The position numbers and the translations under genes are program-made. This document shows, in pieces, positions 43,967 through 56,369 of a stretch of 64,000 bases of DNA. The stretch is from Gemmatimonadales bacterium (GTDB taxonomy: Bacteria; Gemmatimonadota; Gemmatimonadetes; Gemmatimonadales; GWC2-71-9), in the NCBI GenBank assembly GCA_036558345.1, contig DATBFV010000125.1, positions 10,848 through 74,847 of the forward strand, in the 5' to 3' direction. How positions within the stretch are numbered: position 1 is the stretch's first letter; every line of letters begins with the position of its first letter. The notes beneath the pieces are model-generated. The model was not told where the DNA came from. It saw only the letters and a program-made list of their open reading frames with translations, and did not search any database.

Positions 43967-45127
43967 TTAACGGAGTGCCTGGATGACCTGCAACCGGGCC
44001 GCTCGCAACGCGGGGAAGAATCCGCCGACCACACCCATGGCGACCGCGAACACGAGCCCGACGAGCAGCAGTGCGGGCGTCACGCGGAAACTGAACGCGA
44101 CTTCGCTGAAGCTCGACCAGTTCGTCGTGCTCGTGACGATGCCGTTGAGCGGCAGCGCGAACAGACAGCCGAGCACCCCGCCGATCACGGCGATGAATGC
44201 CGACTCCGCGAGGAAGCTCACGAGCACGCTCCACGGCCGGAAGCCGAGCGTGAGCAGCACGCCGATCTCGGGCGCGCGCGACGCAATCGCGGCGTACATC
44301 GTGTTGATCGCCCCAAATACGGCACCGACCGCCATGATGCTGGTGATCATGACCGCGAGAAAGCTCAGAATGTTGCTCAGCAGCTGTGACTGCTGGGCGT
44401 AGAAGTCGGACTCGCGATGCACGTCCACGGTCAGGCGTTTGTCCGCCTGGATCGAGCGTTGCGCTTCCGCAAAGGCGCCGGGATCCTTCAGGCGGAACGT
44501 AATCGACTGAAAGACCTCGCCCCGGAACACGGGCATGAACTGCTCGTTCTCACCCCAAATCTCGGACTCGAATGCCGAGCCGGCGGCGGTGAAATTGCAC
44601 GAGACAGTCCAATCGCGCCCGGCAAATCGCAGCGTCTGTCCGACGGCGGTATGTGGGAACCGCTGCGTCAGCCTGCTTCCTACGCACACTTCAGCCCGTC
44701 CCGAAGTCGGGCGCTGTCCCGCCGTGATCTTGACGTTGTTTCGGACGTCCCAGGCCTGGTCGCTGATGCCGCGGGCGACGACGTTCGCGATCTGCGTCGT
44801 ATCGAACGACTTCGCGAGCGGAACTAGGACGTACACCTCGGGTGACACGAGCGCTCGCCCATCAGCGCCGGTGGCGACATGCGGGTCCGCTGCGATCATG
44901 CTGGCGACGTCGCGGCCCAAGCCGCTCGCCAGCTCCGAATCCGCGCCCTTGCGCAGGATCATGGCGTTGGTCGCGGAGCCGGTCCGAGCGAGCGCCGAGC
45001 GAAAGCCGTTGGCGAGCGCGAGCATGCCGATGAAGACGGCGACCACCAAACCGATGCCGAGGGCCGTGAACGCTGTGGAGACGGGCCGCTGCACCACACT
45101 GCGAACGTTGTAGGCGATGGGGATCAT
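43967..45127 (-). CDS. ABC transporter permease, FtsX/MacB type
   Basis: 386 aa. TM1, a large periplasmic domain, and 3 C-terminal TM segments. Ends ...GFFPALRAARLQVIQALR. Confidence 0.85.
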   Translation of the reverse strand: MIPIAYNVRSVVQRPVSTAFTALGIGLVVAVFIGMLALANGFRSALARTGSATNAMILRKGADSELASGLGRDVASMIAADPHVATGADGRALVSPEVYVLVPLAKSFDTTQIANVVARGISDQAWDVRNNVKITAGQRPTSGRAEVCVGSRLTQRFPHTAVGQTLRFAGRDWTVSCNFTAAGSAFESEIWGENEQFMPVFRGEVFQSITFRLKDPGAFAEAQRSIQADKRLTVDVHRESDFYAQQSQLLSNILSFLAVMITSIMAVGAVFGAINTMYAAIASRAPEIGVLLTLGFRPWSVLVSFLAESAFIAVIGGVLGCLFALPLNGIVTSTTNWSSFSEVAFSFRVTPALLLVGLVFAVAMGVVGGFFPALRAARLQVIQALR

Positions 45128-46266
45128 TCGACCTTCCGCAGGGCCTGCACGACCGGCAAGCGCGCCGCCCGCAACGCGGGGACGAGTCCACTCGCCAGCA
45201 TCAGGCCGAGGGCCACCAGCGCGCCGATGATCAGCGTACTGGTCGCCACCTTGAAGCCGGGCAGAAAACCGGCGCCGTTGAATTTGATGGCTGGATAGAG
45301 CAGTTTCGCGCCACCGAGACCGATCGCTGCGCCTGTGAGCGCGAGCGTACCCGCCTCGACCATCACGAGCGCAAACAGCAGTCGATCAGAGAATCCGACC
45401 GTCTTGAGCACGGCGATTTCCCCGGTCCGCTCGCGCGCGCTCATCATCATGGCGTTCGCCGTGATCAGCAGGATCGCGAACACGACGGCCAGGCCGATCG
45501 TGTTCATGAGGAAGCTGACGTTGCCCCACATTGTCGCGAAGCTCGCCTGGAATTCCCGCTCGGTGCCCGTCTTGGTGGGCGAGCTCGAGTTGCGAAACAT
45601 GTCGTCGATCGACTTGGCGATCTGCGGTGCATGCGACGGATCGTCGATTTCGACGATGTACCAGCCCGCGATCCCCGCCCGGCCAATGCGCTCGTCGAAG
45701 TAGTCGTGGTGGAAGATCAGCACGTTGTCGCCGATCGCGGGGTCCGTCGGGTGGTACACCCCGTCGATCTTGAACGTCCAATCACCCTGGAAAATGGTTC
45801 CCTGAAGCGTGACGTTCTGCCCCAGCTTCCAGCCAAAGTCGTGGATCAGGCGGTCGCCGATGATCGCGCCCGTGCGGTCCTGCAAGAACGCCTGTTTCTG
45901 ATCGGCCGGCATCACGATCTCGGGATAGAGGTCGAGATAGGACTGCGCATCGACCGCGAAGTTCGCGAAGAAGTTCTTGCCGTCGCCGTATCGCCCGCCG
46001 AACCAGTTGGCCCAGGAAAGCCCGGTCACGCCGGGCAAGGCCTTGATCCGATTGCCGTACGCCAGGGGCAGCGGAAACACGAGACCGGTCGCATTCAGGG
46101 TCACCAGGCGCCGCGCGCCGCCGAACTGCGCTGCGGCCGCCATCGTCGTGACGACACTCCTGAGCGAGGCGAACAGAAACAGCGCGAGCGCCACGCTCGC
46201 GATCGTCAAGATCGACCGGAGCTTGTGACGGCCGAGGTTGGCGAGAACCAGCCGGAAGTACTTCAC
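45124..46266 (-). CDS. ABC transporter permease, FtsX/MacB type (paralogue)
   Basis: 380 aa with the same architecture. Ends ...GLVPALRAARLPVVQALR. Confidence 0.85.
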   Translation of the reverse strand: MKYFRLVLANLGRHKLRSILTIASVALALFLFASLRSVVTTMAAAAQFGGARRLVTLNATGLVFPLPLAYGNRIKALPGVTGLSWANWFGGRYGDGKNFFANFAVDAQSYLDLYPEIVMPADQKQAFLQDRTGAIIGDRLIHDFGWKLGQNVTLQGTIFQGDWTFKIDGVYHPTDPAIGDNVLIFHHDYFDERIGRAGIAGWYIVEIDDPSHAPQIAKSIDDMFRNSSSPTKTGTEREFQASFATMWGNVSFLMNTIGLAVVFAILLITANAMMMSARERTGEIAVLKTVGFSDRLLFALVMVEAGTLALTGAAIGLGGAKLLYPAIKFNGAGFLPGFKVATSTLIIGALVALGLMLASGLVPALRAARLPVVQALRKVE

Positions 46267-46961
46267 CGGCCGGCCGCGGCCATGCGCGGCTTCTCGATCA
46301 GGTCACCCTTCTCCAGATGCAGGATCGTCTTCGCACGCTCGGCGGCATGGGCGTCGTGCGTGACGATGATGATGGTCTTGTTGAACTCCTTGTTCAGCCG
46401 CTGCAGCAGCGTCAACACTTCCTGCGAGCTCTTGGCGTCGAGCTGCCCGGTCGGCTCGTCGAGCAGCATCACCGTTGGATCGGCGACGATGGCGCGCGCG
46501 ATCGCGGTCCGCTGCTCCTGACCGCCGGAGAGTTGCCGCGGGTAATGATCGGCGCGATCGGCCAATCCAACCACGTCGAGCGCGATCTTGACGCGCTCAG
46601 CGCGTTCTTTGCCCGACAAGCGCGTGAGCAGCAGCGGGAGTTCGACGTTCTGATACGCCGTCAGCACCGGTAACAAGTTGAACGACTGAAAGACGAAACC
46701 GATGTGGCGGGCCCGCCACGCCGCGAGCTGCCCGGCGCTCATCGCGCTCACCACCTCACCGCCGACAGTCACGGTGCCGCGCGTCGGCCTGTCGAGGCCG
46801 GCGATGAGATTGAGCAGCGTGGACTTTCCCGAGCCGGAGGGTCCCATGAGCGCCGTGAAACTGCCGGCGTCAATGTCGAGCGTCAGATCGGTGAAGACGT
46901 CGATCCGTTGTTCGTCGCGCTGGAAGGATTTGTAGACGTCGCGAATCTCGACGAGAGCCAT
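46263..46961 (-). CDS. ABC transporter ATP-binding protein (MacB/LolD-like)
   Basis: 232 aa. GPSGSGKST, LSGGQEQR, VMLLDEPT. Confidence 0.92.
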   Translation of the reverse strand: MALVEIRDVYKSFQRDEQRIDVFTDLTLDIDAGSFTALMGPSGSGKSTLLNLIAGLDRPTRGTVTVGGEVVSAMSAGQLAAWRARHIGFVFQSFNLLPVLTAYQNVELPLLLTRLSGKERAERVKIALDVVGLADRADHYPRQLSGGQEQRTAIARAIVADPTVMLLDEPTGQLDAKSSQEVLTLLQRLNKEFNKTIIIVTHDAHAAERAKTILHLEKGDLIEKPRMAAAGR

Positions 46962-46985
46962 GGGCGAATGTCCAATGAAGAATGT

Positions 46986-47020
46986 TCAATGATCAATGAT
47001 CATCGAACATTGATCATTGA
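46986..47020. repeat. AT-rich perfect 13-bp inverted repeat with GATC cluster at the hlyD stop / ABC spacer
   Basis: TCAATGATCAATG (46986..46998) and CATTGATCATTGA (47008..47020), separated by 9 nt. Each arm contains TGATCA. CAATGA is repeated three times on the plus strand. Confidence 0.8.
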
Positions 47021-48278
47021 TTATTCGGTTTTACGCGCTGACCTTCTCGTGGAGTTTCAACGCCCCCAACCAGCAGCTGTTCCCCACCCGAGAGTCCCGC
47101 ACGAATTTCGCGGAAATTACCGCTCACCGGACCTGCGTCAACGTCACGACCCTGTAAGCGTCCGTCGCGAATGATCCACACCCTATCGCGGCCGTTTTCG
47201 GATCGCACGGCCTCGGCGGGCACAAGGATGCGCGGGCGTTCGACGGGCGGCGTCGCGCCGGCGGTGGCTGAGCGCGCGGGCTGGAGAAACTCGACCTTCG
47301 CGCCCATCTCGGTGAGAATGCGGGGATCGCGGTCGACAATCGAGACCTTCACCTGCACGGTTGCGCGCTGGCGATCGGCGGTGGGCACCACCTGCCGCAC
47401 GGCGCCGCGAAACGTGGTGTCGGGGTAGGCATCGAGCGTGATGCGCGCCTCCTGGCCACTCTGGATCCGAGCGATGTACGCCTCGTTGACATCGACTTCG
47501 ACTTCGAGCGTCGCGAGGTCGGCCATCGTTACGACCGCACCGCGCGTAAGCCCGCCGCCCACCGAGGGCGCCACGACCTCACCCACCTCCGCTTCCTTGC
47601 GGAGTACGGTCCCGCTGAACGGCGCGCGAATGTAGGTGTTCTCGAGGTTCGCTTGCGCCACCCGCAGCGCGGCGTTTGCCGCCTCGACGCGCGCCTGTTG
47701 CGCATCCACGCGAGCATCGCCCTGCCGCGCCTTGCTCTCGGCGCTCTCGACTTCCTGCTGGGACACGAGGTTGGCATTCTGGGCGCGGACGTCGCGCACG
47801 CGGACGAACTCGCGCTGCAGTTGGTCGCGGTCCGACTGCGTTTCGATCAGCGTCGCCTTCGCGCTCGCGACCTGCGCCTCCGCCTGACCGACCGCGGCCG
47901 CGTAGTCGGCATTGTCGAGCCGCGCGATGATGTCGCCCTTATTGACCCGAGAACCTTCGCTGACATTGAGGACCGCGAGGCGGCCGGGGATCTTGGCCGA
48001 GACAGCAGCCTTGGTGCGCGCGACGACATAACCGTTTGCCACAACGGCCACCGCACCGTTACCGCCTCCTCCCGGCCCATTACCACCCGTGGTTGCCGCG
48101 ACAGTGACGACCTGGATTGGCACGGCACCGCCACGACGCCCAATCCACACAACGGCAGCAACGATCAATGCGGCCGCACCCGTAAGCCAAAGCACGCGAC
48201 CCAGCGCCCGCTTTACCGCGGGCGGCGGGTCGTCGCGATTGATCCGAAGTTTGGAAAGGTCTGCGGCTGGTGGTGCGC

Positions 48279-48282
<4 letters not shown>
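47014..48282 (-). CDS. HlyD/MacA-family periplasmic adaptor (membrane fusion protein)
   Basis: 422 aa. N-terminal TM, coiled-coil hairpin, beta-barrel domains. GTG start overlaps the ftsH TGA. Confidence 0.85.
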
Positions 48283-50264
<1,982 letters not shown>

Positions 50265-50819
50265 CTACGTCAGACTCGCGATATAAGGAAGGTGCCGGAA
50301 GTTCTCCGCGTGATCGAGCCCATACCCGACGAGAAACAGCGTCGGCGCATCGAGTCCCACGAATTTCGCGTCCAGCTCCAGGTGATCAGCCACATGTTTG
50401 TGCAACAGCGCACAGATCTCCAGACTGCGCGGCCGCCGCTGCCGGAGCAGCGCGACCAGCTTGTTCAGCGTCTTGCCGGTATCGATGATGTCCTCGACCA
50501 GCAGGATGTGCTTCCCGGCGAGCTCCGTCTCCGGATCATACACCAGTCGTACGTTCCCGCTCGATACCGTTCCTTCGCCGTAGCTCGATGCGACGATGAA
50601 ATCTACCTGCAGCGGCCGGTCGATCCGCCGCACGAGATCGCTCAGGAAGATGAAGCTGCCTTTGAGCAGGCCGAGCACCAGCAGCTCGCCATCGGGATAG
50701 GCCGCCGTGATCTCGCGCCCCAGGCTGGCGACGCGCTCCGCGATCGCGCGCTCGTCGAACACGATCCGCTTGAGCTCACGTCCCCCCGTCTGCTTCGGTC
50801 GAGCGGTGCTCGATAACAT
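50265..50819 (-). CDS. hpt: Hypoxanthine phosphoribosyltransferase
   Basis: 184 aa. [17 protein letters not shown]-binding motif. Overlaps the tilS end by 44 nt. Confidence 0.9.
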   Translation of the reverse strand: MLSSTARPKQTGGRELKRIVFDERAIAERVASLGREITAAYPDGELLVLGLLKGSFIFLSDLVRRIDRPLQVDFIVASSYGEGTVSSGNVRLVYDPETELAGKHILLVEDIIDTGKTLNKLVALLRQRRPRSLEICALLHKHVADHLELDAKFVGLDAPTLFLVGYGLDHAENFRHLPYIASLT

Positions 50820-52146
50820 CCAGCCTCACGGCTCGAGTTCCGGGCGCCGGCACCCCTGCGGCACTGCGACAGATGCCCGGCACCCACAAAATGGTTTCGC
50901 CTCGACTGACCACCGGATACCGCGGTCGCGCGCTGCGCGGCACCCGTGCTTCCATGAACAGCCGCCGCAGCGGCCGATGCCCGACGCCGCCCAGCGGCAC
51001 GAGCGAATCGCCACGCGCCGGCGCGCGGACTTCCCATCCCGCCGGATCCAGCCACGTCGTCCAGGTCGCGCGTTCGATCCTGGCGGGCGCTTTCTCCAGG
51101 GTCCAGCGAACTTCGAACATGCCGAACCGCGCCGAGCCGCGCTCGCCTGCCGGTGTTACGGACGGGAGCACTGCTTGGTTGCTCTCATCCCGGCCGACCT
51201 GCAGACGATCAAAAACAATTTCCGCCGACCACCCGCTACCGAGCGGGAGCCGGCGTCCGGACGGACGTTGCGCGAACTCTACCAGCTTCCGCGCTCTTGC
51301 GGGGCCAAGGATTAAGCCCACGCGCCGGGCCGCGGCTCGCAAGAGCGCGACCGACAATGCGTTATCATAGCCGCACACAGTCGCCCGGGCAACGGCGAAG
51401 CCGTTTTCCTGCAGGACGAGAGCCAAATCTGGAACGAGATCGAGCGCGCGATCCCAGGCCCGCCGCTCGCGCGCCGCGTGCCGGCCCACCAGGAGCAATT
51501 CCCGCTGCACGTCCGGACCCAATCGCTGCGACAGCAACGGCAGCAGCGTCGTGCGAAGCCACGAGCGCAGGTGCCGGGGATCGCGGTTGGCCGGGTCGTC
51601 GTGCACGGGCAAGCCCCGCGCCGTCGCGTACTCGGCAAGCTCAATCCGGGAAAACGGCAGCAACGGTCGCACCAGACCACCACGCGACTTCGCGGCGATG
51701 CCCGCGAGTCCGGCCGGTGCGCTGCCGCGCAGAACTCGCAGCAGGATGGTTTCCACTTGATCGTCGGCGTGATGCGCGGTGACGACGTATTTCGCGCCGC
51801 GCCGGCGCTGGATCTCGCGCAGCCACGCGTAGCGCGCGCGCCGGGCTTCGGTCTCTGTCGTCTCCGGGCCGAGACGCAGTGCGACGGTTTCGAAGGGCAA
51901 GCCGTATCGCGTAACGAGTTTTCTCAGGTTCTCAGCGACTTCGCCACTCCGCCCCTGGATTCCATGGTCAACATGGGCGACCACCAGCGAAAGCCCGAGC
52001 TCGCTCATCAAGCGATGCAACACATCCAGCAACGCCACGGAATCGGCGCCACCCGAGACGGCGACGAGCGCCTCTCCCGCTTCAGGGAAGAGTTTTGCCT
52101 TTCGGATGTGCGCGAGGACGCGCTGCGGCAACGAGTCCAGGGACAT
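50776..52146 (-). CDS. tilS: tRNA(Ile)-lysidine synthase
   Basis: PP-loop LVAVSGGADS. Start trimmed to the ATG at 52146; the track start at 52185 would overlap the divergent gene. Confidence 0.88.
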   Translation of the reverse strand: MSLDSLPQRVLAHIRKAKLFPEAGEALVAVSGGADSVALLDVLHRLMSELGLSLVVAHVDHGIQGRSGEVAENLRKLVTRYGLPFETVALRLGPETTETEARRARYAWLREIQRRRGAKYVVTAHHADDQVETILLRVLRGSAPAGLAGIAAKSRGGLVRPLLPFSRIELAEYATARGLPVHDDPANRDPRHLRSWLRTTLLPLLSQRLGPDVQRELLLVGRHAARERRAWDRALDLVPDLALVLQENGFAVARATVCGYDNALSVALLRAAARRVGLILGPARARKLVEFAQRPSGRRLPLGSGWSAEIVFDRLQVGRDESNQAVLPSVTPAGERGSARFGMFEVRWTLEKAPARIERATWTTWLDPAGWEVRAPARGDSLVPLGGVGHRPLRRLFMEARVPRSARPRYPVVSRGETILWVPGICRSAAGVPAPGTRAVRLDVIEHRSTEADGGT

Positions 52147-52158
52147 GTATCTTGAAGT

Positions 52159-52761
52159 ATGCTCAACCCCGACCTCACCTACCAACTCCTGCGCAATCTC
52201 ACCTCACCCGTCGTGGCGATCACGTCTGACCGGAAAGGCAAGAAAAACGGAATGATCTCCGATGCCGCCGTGCGCGCTTCGATCGTCCCCACCGTGCCGC
52301 GGCTGTCGGTGTACATCCACAAGTTCAACTACAGCCACGACATGATTTTCGAGACCGGACGCTTCGCCATGCATCTCTTGCATACGAGGCAGTTCGATAT
52401 CGTGCACCGGCTCGGCTTCTTCAGTGGACGGGATCACGAGAAGTTGGCCGGGATCCCGCATCACACCGGCACGCTGGGTGTGCCGATCCTCGACGAGTGC
52501 TTTGCCCATTTCGAGTGCCGCGTCGTGAACGCCATGGACACGGGGAGCTCGACCTTGTTTCTCGGCGACGTGATGGCGGTGGGATGCGGCGCGGCCGCGG
52601 GGGGGGGCGAGCCCAAAGGCGAGCTGATGACGGCGGCCTATTTCCGCGCCAACATGCCGGCGGAGTGGCGGATCGAATACGAGGCGAAGCTCAAGGAAGC
52701 GCAGCGCACGGGTGAGGAAATGTCGCGGAACATCAAGCCGCTGGTGTGGAAAATCAAATAG
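52159..52761 (+). CDS. Flavin reductase-like FMN-binding (split-barrel) protein
   Basis: 200 aa. SPVVAITSDRKGKKNGMISDA...LDECFAHFECRVV is a typical flavin-reductase pattern. This is the only plus-strand gene in the window. Confidence 0.75.
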   Translation: MLNPDLTYQLLRNLTSPVVAITSDRKGKKNGMISDAAVRASIVPTVPRLSVYIHKFNYSHDMIFETGRFAMHLLHTRQFDIVHRLGFFSGRDHEKLAGIPHHTGTLGVPILDECFAHFECRVVNAMDTGSSTLFLGDVMAVGCGAAAGGGEPKGELMTAAYFRANMPAEWRIEYEAKLKEAQRTGEEMSRNIKPLVWKIK

Positions 52762-52769
52762 ACATGCTG

Positions 52770-52810
52770 AGCGCCTGAGAACCCCAAGAAGACTTAGGTT
52801 CTCAGGCGCT
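52770..52810. terminator. Hairpin between convergent genes (candidate bidirectional terminator)
   Basis: 14-bp perfect stem AGCGCCTGAGAACC (52770..52783) / GGTTCTCAGGCGCT (52797..52810) with a 13-nt loop. The T tracts on either side are only short. Confidence 0.65.
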
Positions 52811-52822
52811 TTGCGACTCGCC

Positions 52823-53344
52823 TTATCGATTCAACAGCGCGCTAACCCCGATTCCAATCGCCCAGTTGCCGTTGTAGCTGACCGCATAGGACTTGTTCGC
52901 GGCATTCGGCATGAAATCGGTGTGGCCGTCGATCCGCAGCGCGAGCGTTTTGCCGAGCCGCTGGCGCAGTCCTACCTGGCCCGCGATGCCGCTGTCGTCG
53001 GCATCGTAGCTGCCCGAGTAGGAGTTCTTCACATAGCCGATGCCGGCAAACAGCTCGGAGTTGCTCGTCGGCGGAATGTTGTAGTTGAGCCACACGTGCA
53101 GGGGGCTGTGCTTGGCGCCGTTCTTTGAAGCGCTGGCGACATCCACCTCGACCGACAGCCAGGGCATCGCATGGACACCGACCCGCCCACCAAAGCCAAA
53201 CGTGTTGCCAAGCGGGAGAGAGTTGTCGGCGTTCATGTATGCCGTGAACGCACCGACTTCGATCGATCCCTTCTTCTGGGCGTGCAGGGGAACGGCCATG
53301 GTACACGCGGCGCCGGCAAGCGCCAGTAGGACGCGGAACGTCAT
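52823..53344 (-). CDS. Small outer-membrane beta-barrel protein (OmpA-N/OmpW-like)
   Basis: 173 aa. Signal peptide MTFRVLLALAGAACTMAVPLHAQ, followed by alternating amphipathic beta-strands. Confidence 0.6.
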   Translation of the reverse strand: MTFRVLLALAGAACTMAVPLHAQKKGSIEVGAFTAYMNADNSLPLGNTFGFGGRVGVHAMPWLSVEVDVASASKNGAKHSPLHVWLNYNIPPTSNSELFAGIGYVKNSYSGSYDADDSGIAGQVGLRQRLGKTLALRIDGHTDFMPNAANKSYAVSYNGNWAIGIGVSALLNR

Positions 53345-53348
53345 GACG

Positions 53349-53367
53349 GCCTCTTTTAGGAAGAGGC
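53349..53367 (-). promoter_or_regulatory. 5'-UTR hairpin pairing the putative Shine-Dalgarno sequence of the OMP gene
   Basis: On the minus strand GCCTCTT-CCTAA-AAGAGGC forms a hairpin. The 3' arm AAGAGG lies 5 nt upstream of the ATG at 53344. Confidence 0.3.
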
Positions 53368-53430
53368 GTTGAAATAAGGCGTCGAAGGAATGCCGTCAAG
53401 AGAGAAGCGTCGAGCCGAAAACCGCCTATA

Positions 53431-53505
53431 TAGCAGGGGTGGGATTCGAACCCACGACCCCGGCATTATGAGTGCCGTGCTCTCACCAGGCTGAGCTACC
53501 CTGCC
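53431..53505 (-). tRNA. tRNA-Met (anticodon CAT), elongator-like
   Basis: Reverse complement: GGCAGGGTAGCTCAGCCTGGTGAGAGCACGGCACTCATAATGCCGGGGTCGTGGGTTCGAATCCCACCCCTGCTA. The anticodon arm, variable loop and T-arm resemble E. coli elongator tRNA-Met. tRNA-Ile2 (lysidine) is not formally excluded. Confidence 0.85.
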
Positions 53506-53517
53506 ACGTTACGCTCG

Positions 53518-53539
53518 AAAAACCTAGCGACCTCGCTAG
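53518..53539 (-). terminator. Weak candidate intrinsic terminator after the lipoprotein gene
   Basis: On the minus strand CTAGCGA-GG-TCGCTAG is followed by GTTTTTC. The stem is short. Confidence 0.35.
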
Positions 53540-53559
53540 TCCACGCCAACCCTCCACGT

Positions 53560-54795
53560 CTAGAGCTTCGTTCCCCGCAGCCTCGGTGGGGGCTGCAACA
53601 ATTCCCCGGGCCGGACCTGCCACCAGCCAGGCCGACCGGTTGGAAGCGAGCGGTGCGGGCTGAGTGTCGTGGTTGTGTCCACCGAGAAGGTGTACGTGCC
53701 TGTCTGGCCGGCGGCGCTCGTACTGATGATGATGTCATAGACGTTGGACGTGTCCACCGAGAGCTTGATGAACGCGTTCGTGGTTGTTGTAGAGCTGTCG
53801 TCGTTCGAAGCGACGAGGTGACGGGCGTAACCGCTGTCCGGGGCGACCTTGTACACGGCCAGCGAGGGATTGATCGTGCTCGAACGCTCGGCAATCGACA
53901 GCACCGTCGGGGCGAACGCGATGATCCTGGCGACGTCGTAGTAATGGGGCGTGGCCGAGGAATCGGCGCAGTCCGTCGCCGTGACGGAATCGGTAACCGT
54001 GACCCCGCGCATCACCCAGACCTGGCGGCAGCCGTTCATCGCCGCCGTACGGCTGGTGACGCTGAGCGAGTATGTGCCTGTGGCAAAGGGGTCAAACGAG
54101 CTGGCGCCGACGATGTAGGGGCCGCCCGCCAGGATGATGTCGAGTTGCGGATTCTGTTGCTCGCCGAGAATGCTGTCATCATCAAAGGCCGTATAGTCTC
54201 CAGTGCCGCTGCCCAGCCAGAAGTCCAGCCAACCATCGAACGATCCGTGCATCGAAACCCGGATGTTTTGCTGCCCAGCAGCCACGGTGAGCGCATAGAA
54301 GTCGTAGTAGAAGGTGGCACTAATCCCGAGGCTGCGATGGCAATCGGCAGCCGTCAACGTGCCATTGACTGTCTGCCCGAAGGTGTACGGGGCCAGATAG
54401 TTGCAAGGGTCAACCGCGGTCGCATGGTATACCACGTTGGGAGCGCCGTGGACGGCGGCCGTAAGTGTGATGTTCCCCACCGTTCCACCGAGCGTGACGT
54501 TCGTGGAGCTCGACCCGTTGACGTCGGTCGTGTCCGTCGCTGGGCTGAAGGAAGCTGCTCCGCCCGGCGACACGCTCCAGGACACCTGAACGCCCTGCAC
54601 GGGCTGCCCACTTCCGTCGAGTGCAACGAGACTCAGCGGGAACGCGAGGGCCGAACCCGTCGGCCCACTCTGGTTGTCGCCAGCGATGCCGGTGACAGAC
54701 GCCGCTGAAGGACCACCACTCCCCGTGCTATCCCCACTGCAGGCACAGAGGACGCCGGCAAGGGCCACGGACACAAACCGACCAAGCTGCTTCAT
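53560..54795 (-). CDS. Secreted lipoprotein: Ig-like (Big_1-type) domain plus two PPC-like (pre-peptidase C-terminal) domains
   Basis: 411 aa. Signal/lipobox ...ALAGVLCAC. GDNQSG...VSWSV...TDVNG is an invasin-type Ig pattern. Two ~130-aa repeats follow, each with a Cys pair and a ...GTY.L(F)SV... ending. Confidence 0.6.
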   Translation of the reverse strand: MKQLGRFVSVALAGVLCACSGDSTGSGGPSAASVTGIAGDNQSGPTGSALAFPLSLVALDGSGQPVQGVQVSWSVSPGGAASFSPATDTTDVNGSSSTNVTLGGTVGNITLTAAVHGAPNVVYHATAVDPCNYLAPYTFGQTVNGTLTAADCHRSLGISATFYYDFYALTVAAGQQNIRVSMHGSFDGWLDFWLGSGTGDYTAFDDDSILGEQQNPQLDIILAGGPYIVGASSFDPFATGTYSLSVTSRTAAMNGCRQVWVMRGVTVTDSVTATDCADSSATPHYYDVARIIAFAPTVLSIAERSSTINPSLAVYKVAPDSGYARHLVASNDDSSTTTTNAFIKLSVDTSNVYDIIISTSAAGQTGTYTFSVDTTTTLSPHRSLPTGRPGWWQVRPGELLQPPPRLRGTKL

Positions 54796-54804
54796 GCTCC
54801 CTCC

Positions 54805-56369
<1,565 letters not shown>

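Noticed and set aside
43967-46961. ABC ATPase plus two FtsX-type permeases as LolCDE
   Set aside because: An HlyD/MacA-type adaptor is encoded immediately upstream and start-coupled, which fits a MacAB-like tripartite pump better. The Lol assignment is left open.
53431-53505. tRNA(CAT) as tRNA-Ile2, the TilS substrate, given that tilS is about 1.3 kb away
   Set aside because: The anticodon stem, variable loop (GGGTC) and T-arm resemble elongator tRNA-Met more than tRNA-Ile2. Initiator features (1:72 mismatch of C/A type, three G-C pairs in the anticodon stem) are also absent. This cannot be settled without a covariance-model classifier.
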